The notes: a model not told the origin generated them from the sequence alone. 62,526 nt of DNA, filler included, from Choristocarpus tenellus KU-1152 (GCA_964200185.2; 11 parts of 11 records of this genome joined end to end with filler, not necessarily neighbours in it); one strand, 5' to 3'; positions 23,245 through 36,200 are shown, numbered from the whole stretch's first letter. Numbers and translations are program-made.

Positions 23245-23470
23245 GAGTGAAAATATCTTAGAGAGTAGGAGTTTTTCCCGGTTTGTCCATTTATGGCTTG
23301 GCTTCCCACGGGTTTTTAATGACATTTGACCTACTCCAAAATGTTTCAGAGTAGGTCAAATGTATACGTTATGAAAAGGTATGTCCGGAACAAGGATATG
23401 GACATCTCCTAGCAAATATAATATTCAAAATTACATCAAAATCGCACCATTGGATTTTGGCCCCCAAATG
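23245..23470. mobile_element. MITE family A (reverse orientation) at the gypsy/copia junction
   Basis: GAGTGAAAATATCTTAGAGAGTAGGAG...GGATTTTGGCCCCCAAATG. Confidence 0.8.
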
Positions 23471-23519
23471 AACCCAAATTAAAAAGATCTATTTTACCAG
23501 CTACCAAAAGATCGCCAAC

Positions 23520-25860
23520 GTGGGAGCTATCACAGCACAAACAACGCCATCTCTTACATAGCGTAACACACAGAGATCAGCTCTGCATTCTCAAAACCAC
23601 ACTGTTCCAAAATGTGCACCAACAGATTATTAAACTCCCTGCTTGCCTGTTTGGTGCCATAAAGTGCCTTGACTAAACACACAATCTTTCCAGAACATAT
23701 ACCACATCCAACACATAAACGAATAAAGATCTCTTCACTAATGCCTGCTTGGATAAAAGCTTGTTTCACATCCCAATGCTTCAATTCCCAATCTTTTCCT
23801 GCAGCTAATGCTAGAACCATTTTCAATGATGCAGGGGACGGTGTTGGTGCAAAGGTATCTTGGAAATCTAGACCCTCAATCTTCCGAAAACCTTTTGCTA
23901 CCAAATGTGCTTTGTATCTCACTACCTCACCAAATTTGTTAGTCTTACGCTTGTGAATCCATTTAGTGTCTATTGCCCTGCGTCCAGGGGGTAATACGGC
24001 CTCCACCCAAACATTATTCAACAACAAATCAGACATCTCTTCTACTCTAGCTCTATCCCATAAATCACATTCAGGAGAGCTACGTGCTGCTCTTACAGTC
24101 TTGGGTTCTGGAGGGAGCTCACGCTTTATACTCTAATACAATCATCACTCGCACACATCACCAGGGTAGTGACTATGGAAACAGACAAGCAATATCAAAC
24201 AATGGAACTCTTACAAAATAAAACAGCAGAAAAACAAAAGAAGCTTGCACAATGGTGACCTCAGCATCCGGTCTCCACTTCCTGAACTCTCACCAATCTA
24301 GACCTTTATCCCATAACAATAAACGTCTCTCTCATATTCCCCTTGTCCTCTCGATCAGTCCAGGAGATACTATTCTCAACACCCCCCAGCTCTTGGACTT
24401 AGAGTAGATACAATGTGTCCTCTAGTCCTCGAGATATGTCAAGGAAAGTATGCAGATAGCAACAAATAAAACATCGGAACTATCTCGTCCTCACCCTTCA
24501 AGAAGAGCATTAGGATACAAGATTGCATGCTATATTCGGGACAAATGGGACAGACGCCAAAGTAATATGCAGCCACTTGTCGTGGTCAACATTGAATTTC
24601 CAATCAATCTTGCCATACCCCACAATGAGTAGTGGTGTGCCGTCAGCCACAGTCATTTTGCAGCCTTATGGACATGTGGTGAAGTCATAAATGTACTTTG
24701 GGTCTTTCGTCACATTATTGGAAGCCCCTGAATCAAAACATCATGTTTGAAAGCATTCGTTCTCACCTTGCCATTTTCAGTCACAGCGACTAACATGGTC
24801 CTTAAACTTACTTCCTGTCCTAGCCGGTTCCTTTGATCCAGCTAGTTCTTCCGCCGACTTTGACGGATTCACCCTCTGGCGATATGAACTTGCCATCGAC
24901 TTTGGTGGTCCTACCCTCCTCTGAGGGCAAACAGCTTGCTGGTGGCCTCAGCTCCCGCAGCTGTAGCACAGTCCTTTATATGTGCAAGGATCTGTATTTT
25001 ACCAATCCGCACCTTGAAAGTATTTATCTGGCCTTAGTCAGCCCCCTAGTACGGGATCCTGTCGTCCCAGAGGGTGTGTACAAGGACCAGTCGTACCTTG
25101 GTTGCCTCCTCGGCAAACCTTTAGCTCGGTCTGGGTGGACTGAGCGCTCCCTGGCTCGCGGCAATCAGCTGCTTGCCGTTGATGAGAGAAGTAGTGCGAA
25201 CGAGCAGCTTGCTGTATTGTGGCTCTCAAACGCTCACTTTTGTCATGATGTTGAAGATAGTGTTTGGTAATCTGATAATCATCATCCAAACAATCTAACA
25301 TGGCGATTTCTAGGACCTACTCGGACATCACATGCCCCATCATCGCCATCTGGCTAACCCAGTCCAACATCATTGTAAGAGTAATTTGGGGGTCTGACCC
25401 CCGAGGCATTTTGACAGTCATTACTTTCCTTCTTTGGAGTCTGGCTATTCCTCATCTGACTGAATTAGGAAGTGTTCACGTAGCTGTTTCCAGGCTCCTG
25501 AAGGTGAGGTTGCACTACGGACAATACACCTGTAGATCCTACTGGTGCCCCTTAGCAGGACGTAGTAATAAGCCTTCTTGGCCTTGGTGACCTCTTCTTC
25601 ACTTACATCTTCCCCCTTAGTGAATTCAATGTCACCCACTCTGATGGGTTCCCTTCTATGCTCCAATGCCTCATCAATATCCCCCTTCGCTCTCCAAAAT
25701 GCATGGGTTGTAGCGACCAGTCAGCATACTTGTCATCCGTAAGCTGAAGGAGTTTGGTGTGGATCCCATCTGAGGCCGTGAGTGATGTAATACCAACTCA
25801 AACCAAACCAATCCGGCTGCGCCTCTCCTAGCTAGAGTTTGGATTAGGCGCTTAAGCGTG
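23520..25860 (-). mobile_element. Ty1/copia relic (gag, protease remnant, RT N-terminus; integrase largely missing)
   Basis: RT: AIDTKWIHKRKTNKFGEVVRYKAHLVAKGF...HWDVKQAFIQ...KALYGTKQASREF; gag-like SPSGAWKQLREHF; protease-like FDSGASNNVT at about 24710-24740. Confidence 0.88.
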
Positions 25861-25989
25861 TTGAGAAGCTTGATACATGTAAAGCTCGTCGCCGAAAGCT
25901 AGTAGTTGAATTACATGGAAAACATACACTGAATTAGGGAGGGGGACAAGATCTGAAAGGATTTTCCCTTCCAAGAGGCGGTTGGAGGG

Positions 25990-26643
25990 TTGATGTGGGT
26001 CAGCAACATCACCAGGCCAGATGTGGCTAATGTAGTAAGAGCTGTTGCCCATCATTCGCATTCTCCGAGCCAAGCACATTGGAAAGCTGTGACCCAGATC
26101 CTCAAGTATCTCAAAGGGACGCGAGAGTTGGACCTAACCTACCAGAAAGGCACAAGATTGGACTTGATGACCTACGCTGATGCGGATTTTGCCAATGAAT
26201 CCTTTGATAGACGTTCTGTATATCAGGCGGGGTAGCGATGTGCAGGGGGGCAGCAGTTTCTTGGCTTTCCAGGATGCAACGTATCATAGCGCAGTCGACT
26301 GCAGAGGCAGAGTACATAGCCATGGGGGACTGTGTGAAGGAGTTGTTGTTGTTGCGAGTTGTTTTGGAGTTCTTGCAATCTGATAGGACCCGGTCATGTT
26401 ATGTAGTGTACGAGGACAACACAGGTGCCATCTATTTGGCTAACAACCCTTTGAGTTCTGGCAGGAACTAAGGATATAGATGTGCGACATCATTTACTAA
26501 GGGACTTGGTAGCCAATGGACAAATAAGGATTGTTCATCATGCTACCTCAGATGAGGAACATGCAGATGTCTTGACCAAACCTTTAGCAGAAGTATCTTT
26601 TTCGAGGCATGCAAGTACTTTGCTAAATTTAGAATATGTTTAG
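25990..26643 (+). mobile_element. Ty1/copia RT C-terminus and RNase H fragment
   Basis: TRPDVANVV...HWKAVTQILKYLKGT...YADADFA; AQSTAEAEYIA...YEDNTGAI...IDVRHH...ADVLTKPL. Confidence 0.9.
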
Positions 26644-26736
26644 TGGTTTGCTTCTTGCTGGATTTGAATGTGTTTGTTTGGATTTATTTCTTTTCAGTGA
26701 GTTCAATAGCTGTTTCTTGTCATACAGGATTGACCT

Positions 26737-26979
26737 GAGATTGAAAGCATCTTAGAGGGTACAAGTTTTTTCCTATTTGTCCATTTGGGGCTTGACTTCG
26801 CACGTGTTTTTTTTTACCGTTTTTCCCACTTTGAAACGTTTTGGAGTAGGTAAAATGTGTACGTTTTGAAAGATGTGCCCAGAAAAAGATATTGACAATT
26901 CGTAACAAACACAATGACCGAAATTACATCAAAATCGCAACATTGGATTTTGGAACCCAAACGGACACGGCTTTCACTC
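26737..26979. mobile_element. MITE family A (reverse orientation, diverged)
   Basis: TTGAAAGCATCTTAGAGGGTAC...AATTACATCAAAATCGCAACATTGGATTTTGG. Confidence 0.75.
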
Positions 26980-27686
26980 ATACTCCTGACCAAAACCCTG
27001 AGCACCTAACCTAGCCTTAAGCCCCATTAAACATTCCAAAAGGGTCACTCTTCCACTTGAACACACACTTGGAACCAAAATGGCCTTACGACCTAGAGGT
27101 ACATCTGCAACACTGAAGGTACCTGTGTCAACAAACCATGGAACTCCTTAGACATAGCCTCTTCCCATACCGGCCAGTATTCAGACTTTTGAGCCCCAGC
27201 ATAAGATTGAGGTGCTGGTTCCAACTCAGAAACAAGACGACTATGCAGGGGGGCACTCATCAACGCTGACTCAGGGGTGGGCTGTACAGCCAAAGCATAA
27301 GCAACATGTTGCCTCTCTTCACTAGCAATAAGAGACACATTACATTACAAACACCTGCACTACCTTCAGCTCTGGCACGAGTTTCCTTTGTAATCCTACC
27401 CAACTCTATGCAAGGTTCACGGTCTGGATTGGGAAGAACGTCTTCCAGCTGGCGAGCTGCAGTACGGGCAGCTGTTAGGTCAGCAACTCCCTGAGGCAAG
27501 TGCTGTGAACTCGAGGATGAGACATGACCTACACTCCCTTCACCATCTCGGGTAGTGTGTCTCTGGACAGACTCATGTCAACCTGACCTCCTTCCCCATC
27601 ACCAGGGGAAGGGTCAACAGCCAGATCCTTGACAATCTCACCTACACTCCCTTCACCAGGGGGAGGATCATTAGTCAAACTGTCTC
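26980..27686 (-). mobile_element. Ty1/copia fragment (integrase-RT linker), paralog of about 46435-47130
   Basis: Collinear with the 46435-47130 region (PQGVADLTAARTAARQLEDVLPNP vs PQAGADPTAARTAACPLEDFLPNP). Confidence 0.88.
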
Positions 27687-27786
27687 NNNNNNNNNNNNNN
27701 NNNNNNNNNNNNNNNNNNNNNNNNNNNNNNTTAATTAATTAANNNNNNNNNNNNNNNNNNNNNNNNNNNNNNNNNNNNNNNNNNNN

Positions 27787-27810
27787 CCCCACCCCAGATA
27801 ATTTTGGGTC
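27787..27810. mobile_element. MITE family B terminus at the contig start
   Basis: CCCCACCCCAGATAATTTTGGGTC. Confidence 0.55.
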
Positions 27811-28004
27811 TGATCGCTGGGGAGTTTTCAAAGGCATGCTTTCTGTGATACCCAGACCACTTTTCTGGTTGTTCGCTTAAGGAGATGCTTAGAAGCACTG
27901 TACACAATAAAGGTTGCTGTTGGAATACACGAAGTAGTAAATATGTACATAATGTGTGTAGAACAGTAGATTAGTGATAGGTCGGGACATTGGAATGTAG
28001 TGAT

Positions 28005-28140
28005 AACAGCCGATTTCAAGAATTGAGGATGGAGCTTTTCATTTAAAACAAAAAACATATCTACACTTTATCGCAGTCAATTTTGGGTCAAGCCCATCCT
28101 CAATGAAAAGCTCCATCCTCAATTTTTGAAATCGGCTGTT
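28005..28140. mobile_element. 136-bp MITE with 39-bp TIRs and 4-bp TGAT target duplication
   Basis: AACAGCCGATTTCAAGAATTGAGGATGGAGCTTTTCATT (28005-43) vs 28102-40, one mismatch; TGAT at 28001-04 and 28141-44. Confidence 0.8.
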
Positions 28141-28230
28141 TGATGTTGAAGTAACACTCTAGGAAATCTTTCAGTCGGTGATCTACCGAATTTCTTGAAA
28201 GCGTGATCATTGAGATTAGGAACTACCCAC

Positions 28231-28388
28231 CTCATGGATAGGACTCGCTCTTCACTGTAATTTGATAAAGCACATTCTACATCATCATCTTCTTGGTGAA
28301 GCAAAACACTCTTTAGTAGCATGCGAACACGTTTCAAAACGAGCCATCTTCCGTAAAATGCACGACGGACCAGGAAGTACGACGTGAA
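28231..28388 (-). CDS. Possible isolated internal exon of an unknown gene
   Basis: AAGCAG| FTSYFLVRRAFYGRWLVLKRVRMLLKSVLLHQEDDDVECALSNYSEERVLSM |GTGGGT, open between canonical splice sites; no partner exons found. Confidence 0.35.
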
Positions 28389-30039
28389 CTGCTTGATTTG
28401 AGGAAGCAGCAGAAGGATGAGTCAGGGACGCCATGGCTTCAGGGGGTGACAGAAACATGGTGGAAGAAATCGAGGATTTCGAAGGAAGACATACCGTTAT
28501 TGCCCTATATAATTGCTGCTATTCTTCTAGAGTGAGCTAGAATATTATAGTTTGAGATACAGTATTATTGTGGGGGTGTCTAACACATTCAACTCGGATC
28601 ATTATGATTATCCTGCATAGTAGGTAATTAACGTACTATGGAGCATATAGTACATACAAATGGTCTTGTGTTTAGTAACCAGGATAGATGAGATGGATGT
28701 GCTAACTAGAAGCTATTCATCTTGTGGGGTCTTGACTGAATATTTAAGTCGCCGCGACAGGGATAAGGAGTTGGATAGAGGGAACAATATCTCAATAGAT
28801 ACAATTATCGTTGCGACCTCTAACCTACAGTAGATAGGGTGTACAAGGTGGCGAAAATATATAATTATTGACTAACCCCCTTCTTCCCACCTACCTGTTA
28901 CCCAACCATTTTTTGTCATATAATAGCATATACTGAGGGATTGTTTGCCTAGAATTATTTTTTAAGCTACCTGGCAGGGCTGTGGCCAGTGATGGATTCA
29001 TTATTAATAGAGAATTCCCTAAATAGCCACTTTCAAGGCTAAAGTTACACACAGAACCCACACTAGTTGAACGTTCTGTTTTGGTCGGTTGTGGGATTCT
29101 GCGGAAGACAGGCACAGACAGCCCCCAGCATAACTCACCCCTTCTACCCACCAGGCACAGCTCATGCCTATTATCAAGCCACAGCCCCCTCTGTGCCGTT
29201 CCTCCGGTTCTTGCGAAGGCACTGTGGTTGTCTATTATTGGATGTTCTCCTCTTTTTACACCAATAAAGCCCTCATAGGCTTACCCAGAATTTCCATCCT
29301 CGCACAAGACACTCAGCCCTCCCCTACGTTCTCCTGCTGCTATAGCACCGTGAATCCTTCTCTTTTACCCCCAGCATAGCCCCTAAGGTCCTCCTTTCCT
29401 CCTGGGGTTCCTGGACACAGTGGTTACTATCTGGTGCACTTTCCCCTTATGTTAACCCAGCGTTGCCCCACACGGTTACCCACAAACCACATTGCACCCT
29501 AGAATACCCCATCCTGGCCATAATCCTGGGCACAGTAGGTCGGCAAATCATTGCCATACCACCTCCTTTTCCTACTGCATGTCATATTTTTCAAATCATA
29601 CCACTCCTTTCTATGAATAACGTCTAGCATCAAGAGGTTTGAACACACATAGCTCGTGCAGATTGAACTGTCCATTGCTTCTGCACCTCTGCTAATTGTG
29701 GTGGATATGCTAACTAGAAAATAAGAAATACTGCTGGTACAAAAGAAAAAATCTTGACCCTTGAAGTGAATGGCACTCCATGCCTACCAGGAACACAGAT
29801 AGCTAAGTAAGAGACAGTGGCATACTGGCAAGGGTGGGTGACCTACGTGCATTCATAGGAAGCAGGTCAGGTTATGGTAACCAGTTGGATGAGACACTGT
29901 TTTGACATCCTTCAAACCTTTTTTACAAAGTGTTTATATATCAGACTCTAACTTACGTTCAGAAATCCTACCTCAGGTCATCATCAATTATCCGTTGCGT
30001 TATTTCCTCACTATAGTGGCTTCATATTAAATGTGCAAC

Positions 30040-31780
30040 GCTTATTATGAGGGGAATTCCAATTTGTGGAAACTATTGTTCACGAAAAGCAATGAAGTTT
30101 GTTGCACGGGGTAAAAAGGGTGGCTTAGAATGCAAAAGGGTCCAAAACTGTCTGCTTCTCATTGGTTCGACTCATACACCTCTTACTATTCTGTTATCAG
30201 GGACAGACGATCAGGTGATGACCCTCGTAGGAGTGAGGAAGGGGCTCTAATAGTAGTGCAAATTTTGAGATGGTGGACTATCATGACTGTGGAGGATCAC
30301 CAGTACAAAGTTGACCAAGTGGCATTTGACAGGATTCAAAAACCTTGTGGAACTGTTAAAGCGGGAGTTTATTGGGATGCCTAGGATGAAGGTCCCCCGT
30401 AGTTCGAGGGGCTGACTCATCCCATCATCGCTCATCAATCCCAACTCTTTGGCTCAGAAGTCTGTCCAGGGTCCAGACTCAAGCACCCAGAAAAGAAGAG
30501 CGAGGTGAACCAATACCTGGAGGTGAGAGGGTGCGAGACTCGGATGCCTCAGGGGACAGGGGAGGCCTTTGTGGAGGACTTTGGAATTTCCAGAATCATT
30601 GCGTTCCATCATATGAAGGAGTATGACAGCCAGATCGCACGGGTTTAATACATGGACCTGGTACAACGTCGCAAAGGGTGATGTGGCCGCCATACAAGTA
30701 TCCTTGTCAAAAGACGTTTGGGATGTCCCATCAGTATACCGCACATCCTGCAAATGGGTATCCAAAGCTGGGATCTCCCTTGCCTCTTTGAGGGATCAGA
30801 ACTATTGTAAGAAGGTGAAGGTCAAGTGGTGTATTTAGACAGTCCTCTCAAATCAGCAGAAAGTCCACAGGGTACATTTCGCCATCAGCCACACTCACAG
30901 GAGGAGGGGAAGTGGGGCATACGTGGGTGATCTATATGACTGAGTGCATGTGAACAAGAAGTGGTTTTACATCCTCAAAGATGGGCAAGGTGTGTACCTC
31001 CACCCCACTGAGGACCCCCCCAATTCCCACCAGCACAGAATAAATGTTACTTTACATGCAGCTATGGCCCGCCCTATGAACCCCTCCAACAGGGTGTGGT
31101 TTAATGGGAAAATTGGGATATGACCAATCATGGGCACTATGGTCGCTCAGCGCTCTAGCAAACACCGTCCCAAGGGCACAAGGGTGCTTGTGGCAGCCAC
31201 GGTGGACAGTGAGAGGTAAAGAAGGTCATAATCGAGGATGTCATCCAGGCAATCAAGGCTCGCATACCTAGGCCGGAAGGACACACCATCTTGGTGCAGC
31301 AAGACAGGGAAAAATCAACACCAAGGGGGAATCAAAGAGGCAATCGAGGAGGCAGCGGGGGATGACATTGCCATAAAGGCCCAGCCAGCCAACTCACCTG
31401 ACCTTAACGTCAATGACGTAAGGTTCTTTCATTGCATCCAGCAACTGAAGGAAGACGTGGCGGTGACCAGTACAGAGGAGCTTGTGGAGGCCACAATAGA
31501 GGCGTTCGATGTGTACCCTGAGAGACACTAGAGCGTGTCTGGCAGATCCTCTTCGCAACTGACAGTGAAGCACTGGGGTTCAAGGGTGACAACATCTACA
31601 AAATTCCCAATCTTGGCAAGGAAATTAGAGGGCTTCGGGGGTGGAATCATAGTAGGTCTAGGCTGCCCCATTTTGTTTGAGATTTTGGTGAGCAAACTTT
31701 CAGAGTCTGCACAATACATCCATAAAAAACATACGTGTGAAGAAAAACTTGCTTCTTCATTGCTACTGCAAAAGTTATGT
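30040..31780 (+). mobile_element. Plant-type mariner transposase pseudogene (ATG about 30377) with flanks
   Basis: VHVNKKWFY, HAAMARP, VQQD, QPANSPDLNVND.RFF; paralog at 59720-61600; upstream flank 30040-30170 recurs inverted at about 40960-41090. Confidence 0.88.
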
Positions 31781-31849
31781 TGCATTTTTGTTGTTAACAG
31801 AGAAAGTATGCTGTATTGTTGTGCCTTGTTACCACCACACAATTCGTAA

Positions 31850-32340
31850 ATCACACCCGATATCAACAAATCTCATCATGTACATTACCTTCGCTCCCTT
31901 GCAAATCCGCACATCACATCAGAAATGCATAGCTCAATTAAGGAGGACTATCTTCGAAGGTCAGACAATGGCTACAACATCATAGCAGAAATAATACATA
32001 TTTCCCTTACTATTACACCATTTCCGCCAACACCAAAGTCGTACATCATACCACATATCAACAAATCTCGAAATGCAACTTACCTTCAAACCTAGCAAAA
32101 ATCGCACATCGCATCAGAAATGCACAACTCTCGTAAGGAGGCCTATCTGTGAAGGTCAAACAAGGGCTACATCGTACCAGAAATTATATATAGCACGTAT
32201 TGTCATGTATTATTGGCTGCAACACCATATACGTGCATCACCCAAGATATCGATAATCTCAAAATGTACCTTACCTTCGAACCTCCTTGCAAAATTTGCA
32301 CATTACATCAGAAATGCATATCTCTCGTAAAGAGGCCTAA
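31850..32340 (+). repeat. Tandem array of about 194-bp units (about 2.6 copies)
   Basis: CACATYRCATCAGAAATGCA recurs at about 31910, 32105 and 32299. Confidence 0.85.
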
Positions 32341-32636
32341 TTTATTGATAAGCAAAAAAGAATAGTAGAATTGGTCTTCCGCAACATTGTAAAACATTAT
32401 GTAACCCTAACTAATACCTCCTTCATGAGAGACCCAGGCGGGTTTGTACGAATTCTTGAGGAAATCTATATTGGCATTGATTGGTAGATGATGGAGCGAT
32501 GTACCAGAAGAAGTGCTTTTCTACCTAGCTAGGTGAGGTCAAAATTTTAGTCCTCCTAATCTAAGAACATTAACTTATAAAATAGTATAGTACCCACCCA
32601 CGATTGTACTACTACTGTAATTAATCATCTTTATTT

Positions 32637-32930
32637 CAGGGCTTGTCACCAGGCAGGCAGCTTCAAATGGTCCCATCCACTGGCCAGACCCGTCCCATAA
32701 TTATTTTAGATATCCCTGTCCAAGTCCACTACATGTTGAACTGGTCCATATCTGCCAGCAGGACTGGGTCAAACATTCAATAACATGTCTGGACAATATC
32801 CACTGGATATTGTACCGGTCCATATCCACCAGCCAGACTGGGTCTACCATTCTCAAACATGTTTGGATCATGTCCACTGGGGATTGTACCAGTCAGTGCC
32901 TGCCGGCCAGCCAGTCCAACTTTTTTCTGC
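32637..32930 (+). repeat. Probable DNA-transposon end (CAGGG terminus) with about 75-bp subterminal repeats; diverged inverted copy at 43035-43262
   Basis: GGTCCATATC..CCAGC..GACTGGGTC..CATTC repeated; the terminal region aligns with the reverse complement of 43180-43262. Confidence 0.5.
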
Positions 32931-33479
32931 TAAGGACATCGGTCACCACGGATACTGGGTGTAACCAAGTCAAACATTTCCAAGGAATGCTCATCTGCCC
33001 TCTGTGTGGCAGCGATTGCAAGCAAGGGCAAGTACCACCAACGATCCCTACATATAGCATGACGGGAAAACAAACTGATCATGCGGAACACTGTCATGCG
33101 ATTAAGGTTGCGACAATGGCCAAAAACTTGGTCTATTCTACCACATGTATCTACCTACCCACTTACCTAACTACCTGCATACATACCCACCACTCTCTTC
33201 TTTGGGAGTCCTCCACAATCACATGTAAAAGATATACTCCATACAATACAACCTAGAAAATGTCATGCTTCATCTAACCTCAAAAAGACAACATATACGA
33301 GATGAAGACAGTAGTTGGTACCGGTGGGCTTGAAACGGTGGGTATCTGCATCTATCGTCAGACACCTCCTTCCCTTCTACCTGTACTCCAATCCAATAAT
33401 GTTGAACATTCTTTATAGGATGGTTGGCCCAGGATGTGATTTCTCTTGATAATGTCTGACTGGGTTGTGGTCTAACCTT

Positions 33480-34560
33480 CAATGATGATGGGCCTCCCTA
33501 CGAGAGTTGTGCATTTATGATGCGATGTAAAAAATTGTAAGGTTCGAAGGTAAGGTCCATTATGAGAATTCTCTATATCTAGGGCGATGATGCACGTATT
33601 TGTCGCCGCGAAAGAGGAACGAGAATACAGTCTATATTTATTTGTTGTTTGGATGCAGCCATTGTCTGACGTTCAAAGATTGGCCTTCTTATGAGAGTTG
33701 TGCTTTTCTGATGTGATGTGCGAATTTTGTAAGGTTCGAACATAAGCTACAATATGGGAATTGTCGATATCTGGGGCAATGTACTAATTATTACTGAGAA
33801 AGAAGGTGCAACAGCACAATATATATATCATTTCTCCTATGATTTAGTCATCTGACCTTGACTGGTGGTTCTCCTTACTTTATTGCTCCTATTATTGGAG
33901 TAGTTGAGTATTTCTGATATGATGTTCGAATATCTTATGGTTCAAAGGAAAGGTACATCGCAACAATAATTGTCGATATCTGGGGTAAAAAAGTAATTAA
34001 GTCAATACGAAAAACGTATTACGATACAGCATACTTAATATTTCTGCTGTGATGTAGTCATTGCCTGACCCTTACAGACAGGCCTCTTTCCGAGAGTTGT
34101 GCACTTCTGATAAGGCGATTTGCGTTTTTTTTCCAAGGTTTGAAGGTAAAGTGGATTATGAGAATTGTCGATATCTGAGGTGATGTATGTATTTTGTCGC
34201 AGGGAACGAGGAACAAAAATACAGCCTATTACTTCTGCTATGAAGTAGCGCCATTGTCTGACCCGTACAGATAGGCCTCCTTCCGAGACTTGTGCAATTC
34301 TGTTCTGATGCGCGAATTTTGCGAGATTCGAAAGTAAGTTCACTGCGAGAATTGTCGACATCTGGTGCGATGTACGTATTTAGTCATGACCAGAAAGATG
34401 CAACAATACAGTAAATTTATCGTTTCTGCTATTATGATGGCCATTGTCTACGAGAGTTGTTAATTTCTGATGCGGTTTGAAGGTAAGGTACATTATGAGA
34501 ATTGTACATATCAGTGCGAGGTACGAATTTAGTCGCGGCGAAAACGGTGTAACAATACAG
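33480..34560 (-). repeat. Tandem array of the same about 190-bp unit in inverted orientation (about 6 copies)
   Basis: GAGAGTTGTGC.TTTCTGATG and GTTCGAAGGTAAGG..CATTATGAGAATTGTCGATATC recur at about 33500, 33690, 33900, 34090, 34285 and 34450. Confidence 0.85.
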
Positions 34561-34699
34561 CATCTACCACGTCCGTACCATAAGTCTGTGCTGTGTTGTC
34601 CATAACATTTGAAGATGTTGATGAAATTCATTTCTGAAAGAATATTTGGAATCCTTGACGAATTTCTGGCTAGGGTAAGCTATGTTTATCACTATTACT

Positions 34700-35830
34700 C
34701 CCCATCCAACACAATTTGATCAGCCCCAGAAAAGGCCTTCATGTCTACCTTCAACATATTTTTAAGGTCACCAGACAACTGCCTCTTCCTTACCCCTGTG
34801 TGCTCCATATTGAAGTCATTCCCCCTTTAATATCAAAGTACTTGATTGCCACAAAAAGGAGCTGCCAAGCCCTCTCAAGTGTGATTTCATCATACTCCTC
34901 ATACTGTTTCTTAATGACCCTCACCATATCCTCGACGGACCCAAACCGCTCCCCCATCAACTGGCATTTCAAAGACCTGAAGAAGTACAGGTCCATGATA
35001 TTGAGGTCGGGGGAGTTAGATGGCTGTGTCATAAGCCTAATTCACTACCCGTCAGTCTTCCCTGTCCCTGACATGTCCTGTCTGCCGTTTTTGGCACGCA
35101 CACGCCGAACACCAAGCTTTCCATCAAAGCTGTGAGCCGATCTGGGCGGGCGTTGGCTGCAATGATCATGGTTTTGGGGATATGACTCTTGTGCTGCACA
35201 GTAAGGGACCCTGGAAGGTCGCTATCATCCTCATGCGGAAATACCCTAATCCTTTCCCCATCAGCCATCACGTAAAACCAGGTTTAAGTCACATGGATCG
35301 TGTTCGCCATGGAGGCGTACTCACCACCTTTCCGGTCCTCTTGATAACAAAATCCATTCTCCACACCTTCTGCCACGATTATAAGCTTGGGTTTGATCCA
35401 GCAGCGATTCGGCATGGCCCCTATATCATCCAACAACCTGTTTATGGTGCTCGTGCTATAATTCAGCCCCTTGGCAACCATCTTCATTGTCACCTGACGC
35501 ACTGTGGATGACCGAATATCGGAGTTGATACTATGTATTGCGGTCATCTTGATCGGTGTGAGCTCCGAAGAAGGCCGCCCACTATGTGCCGGCACCCCTA
35601 GGTCAAGCGTGTGGCCACAGGCAAGCTGATCGTCGACATCCTCCCAGAGCCTTCACATGTAATGCTTGGACACTCCAGACTGTACTGTGAGGGCCGGCCC
35701 AACATGTTGTGGCAGTTTATGCTCAGTAAGGACTATTGTGAGGGCGTGCCGCATTGCAAGCGCAACCCTGGTATTCAGGGGCACTTGGGCACCCTTCCTT
35801 CGCGGGGGGGGGCAACAGGGGGGTCGCCAT
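34700..35830 (-). mobile_element. Plant-type mariner transposase pseudogene, second subfamily, internally deleted
   Basis: ATG at 35830; IHVT.TWFYVMADG, VQHKSHIPKTMIIAANARP, QPSNSPDLNIMDLYFFRSLK, ITLERAWQLLF. Confidence 0.88.
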
Positions 35831-35999
35831 GTCGACGTTCTGATCCTTGNNNNNNNNNNNNNNNNNNNNNNNNNNNNNNNNNNNNNNNNNNNNTTAATTA
35901 ATTAANNNNNNNNNNNNNNNNNNNNNNNNNNNNNNNNNNNNNNNNNNNNCTGCTTCCACTTTATTCCCCTACCAGCAACGTACTGTACTGCTATGTGGT

Positions 36000-36200
36000 C
36001 ATGACTCAGGAAGAAAGGCACTTTTCGCGAGAAATTTTTACACGCGCGCCAAACTCGCGTGAATATCACCCCGATTTTGTACCAAGTCGCCCAAATAGGA
36101 GAATTCCGGTACAAAACCTATTTTTTGAGTATGTCGAAAAAACGGTACAAAATGAGTTTGGTACATAATATATGGTATAAAATCGGGGTAGGTACTGTAT
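36000..36200. repeat. Dispersed repeat (copy of 12688-12850)
   Basis: Direct sequence similarity. Confidence 0.75.

Noticed and set aside
31850-34560. Regularly spaced repeats as a possible CRISPR array
   Set aside because: Whole units are homologous, there are no unique spacers and no cas genes, and the context is eukaryotic.
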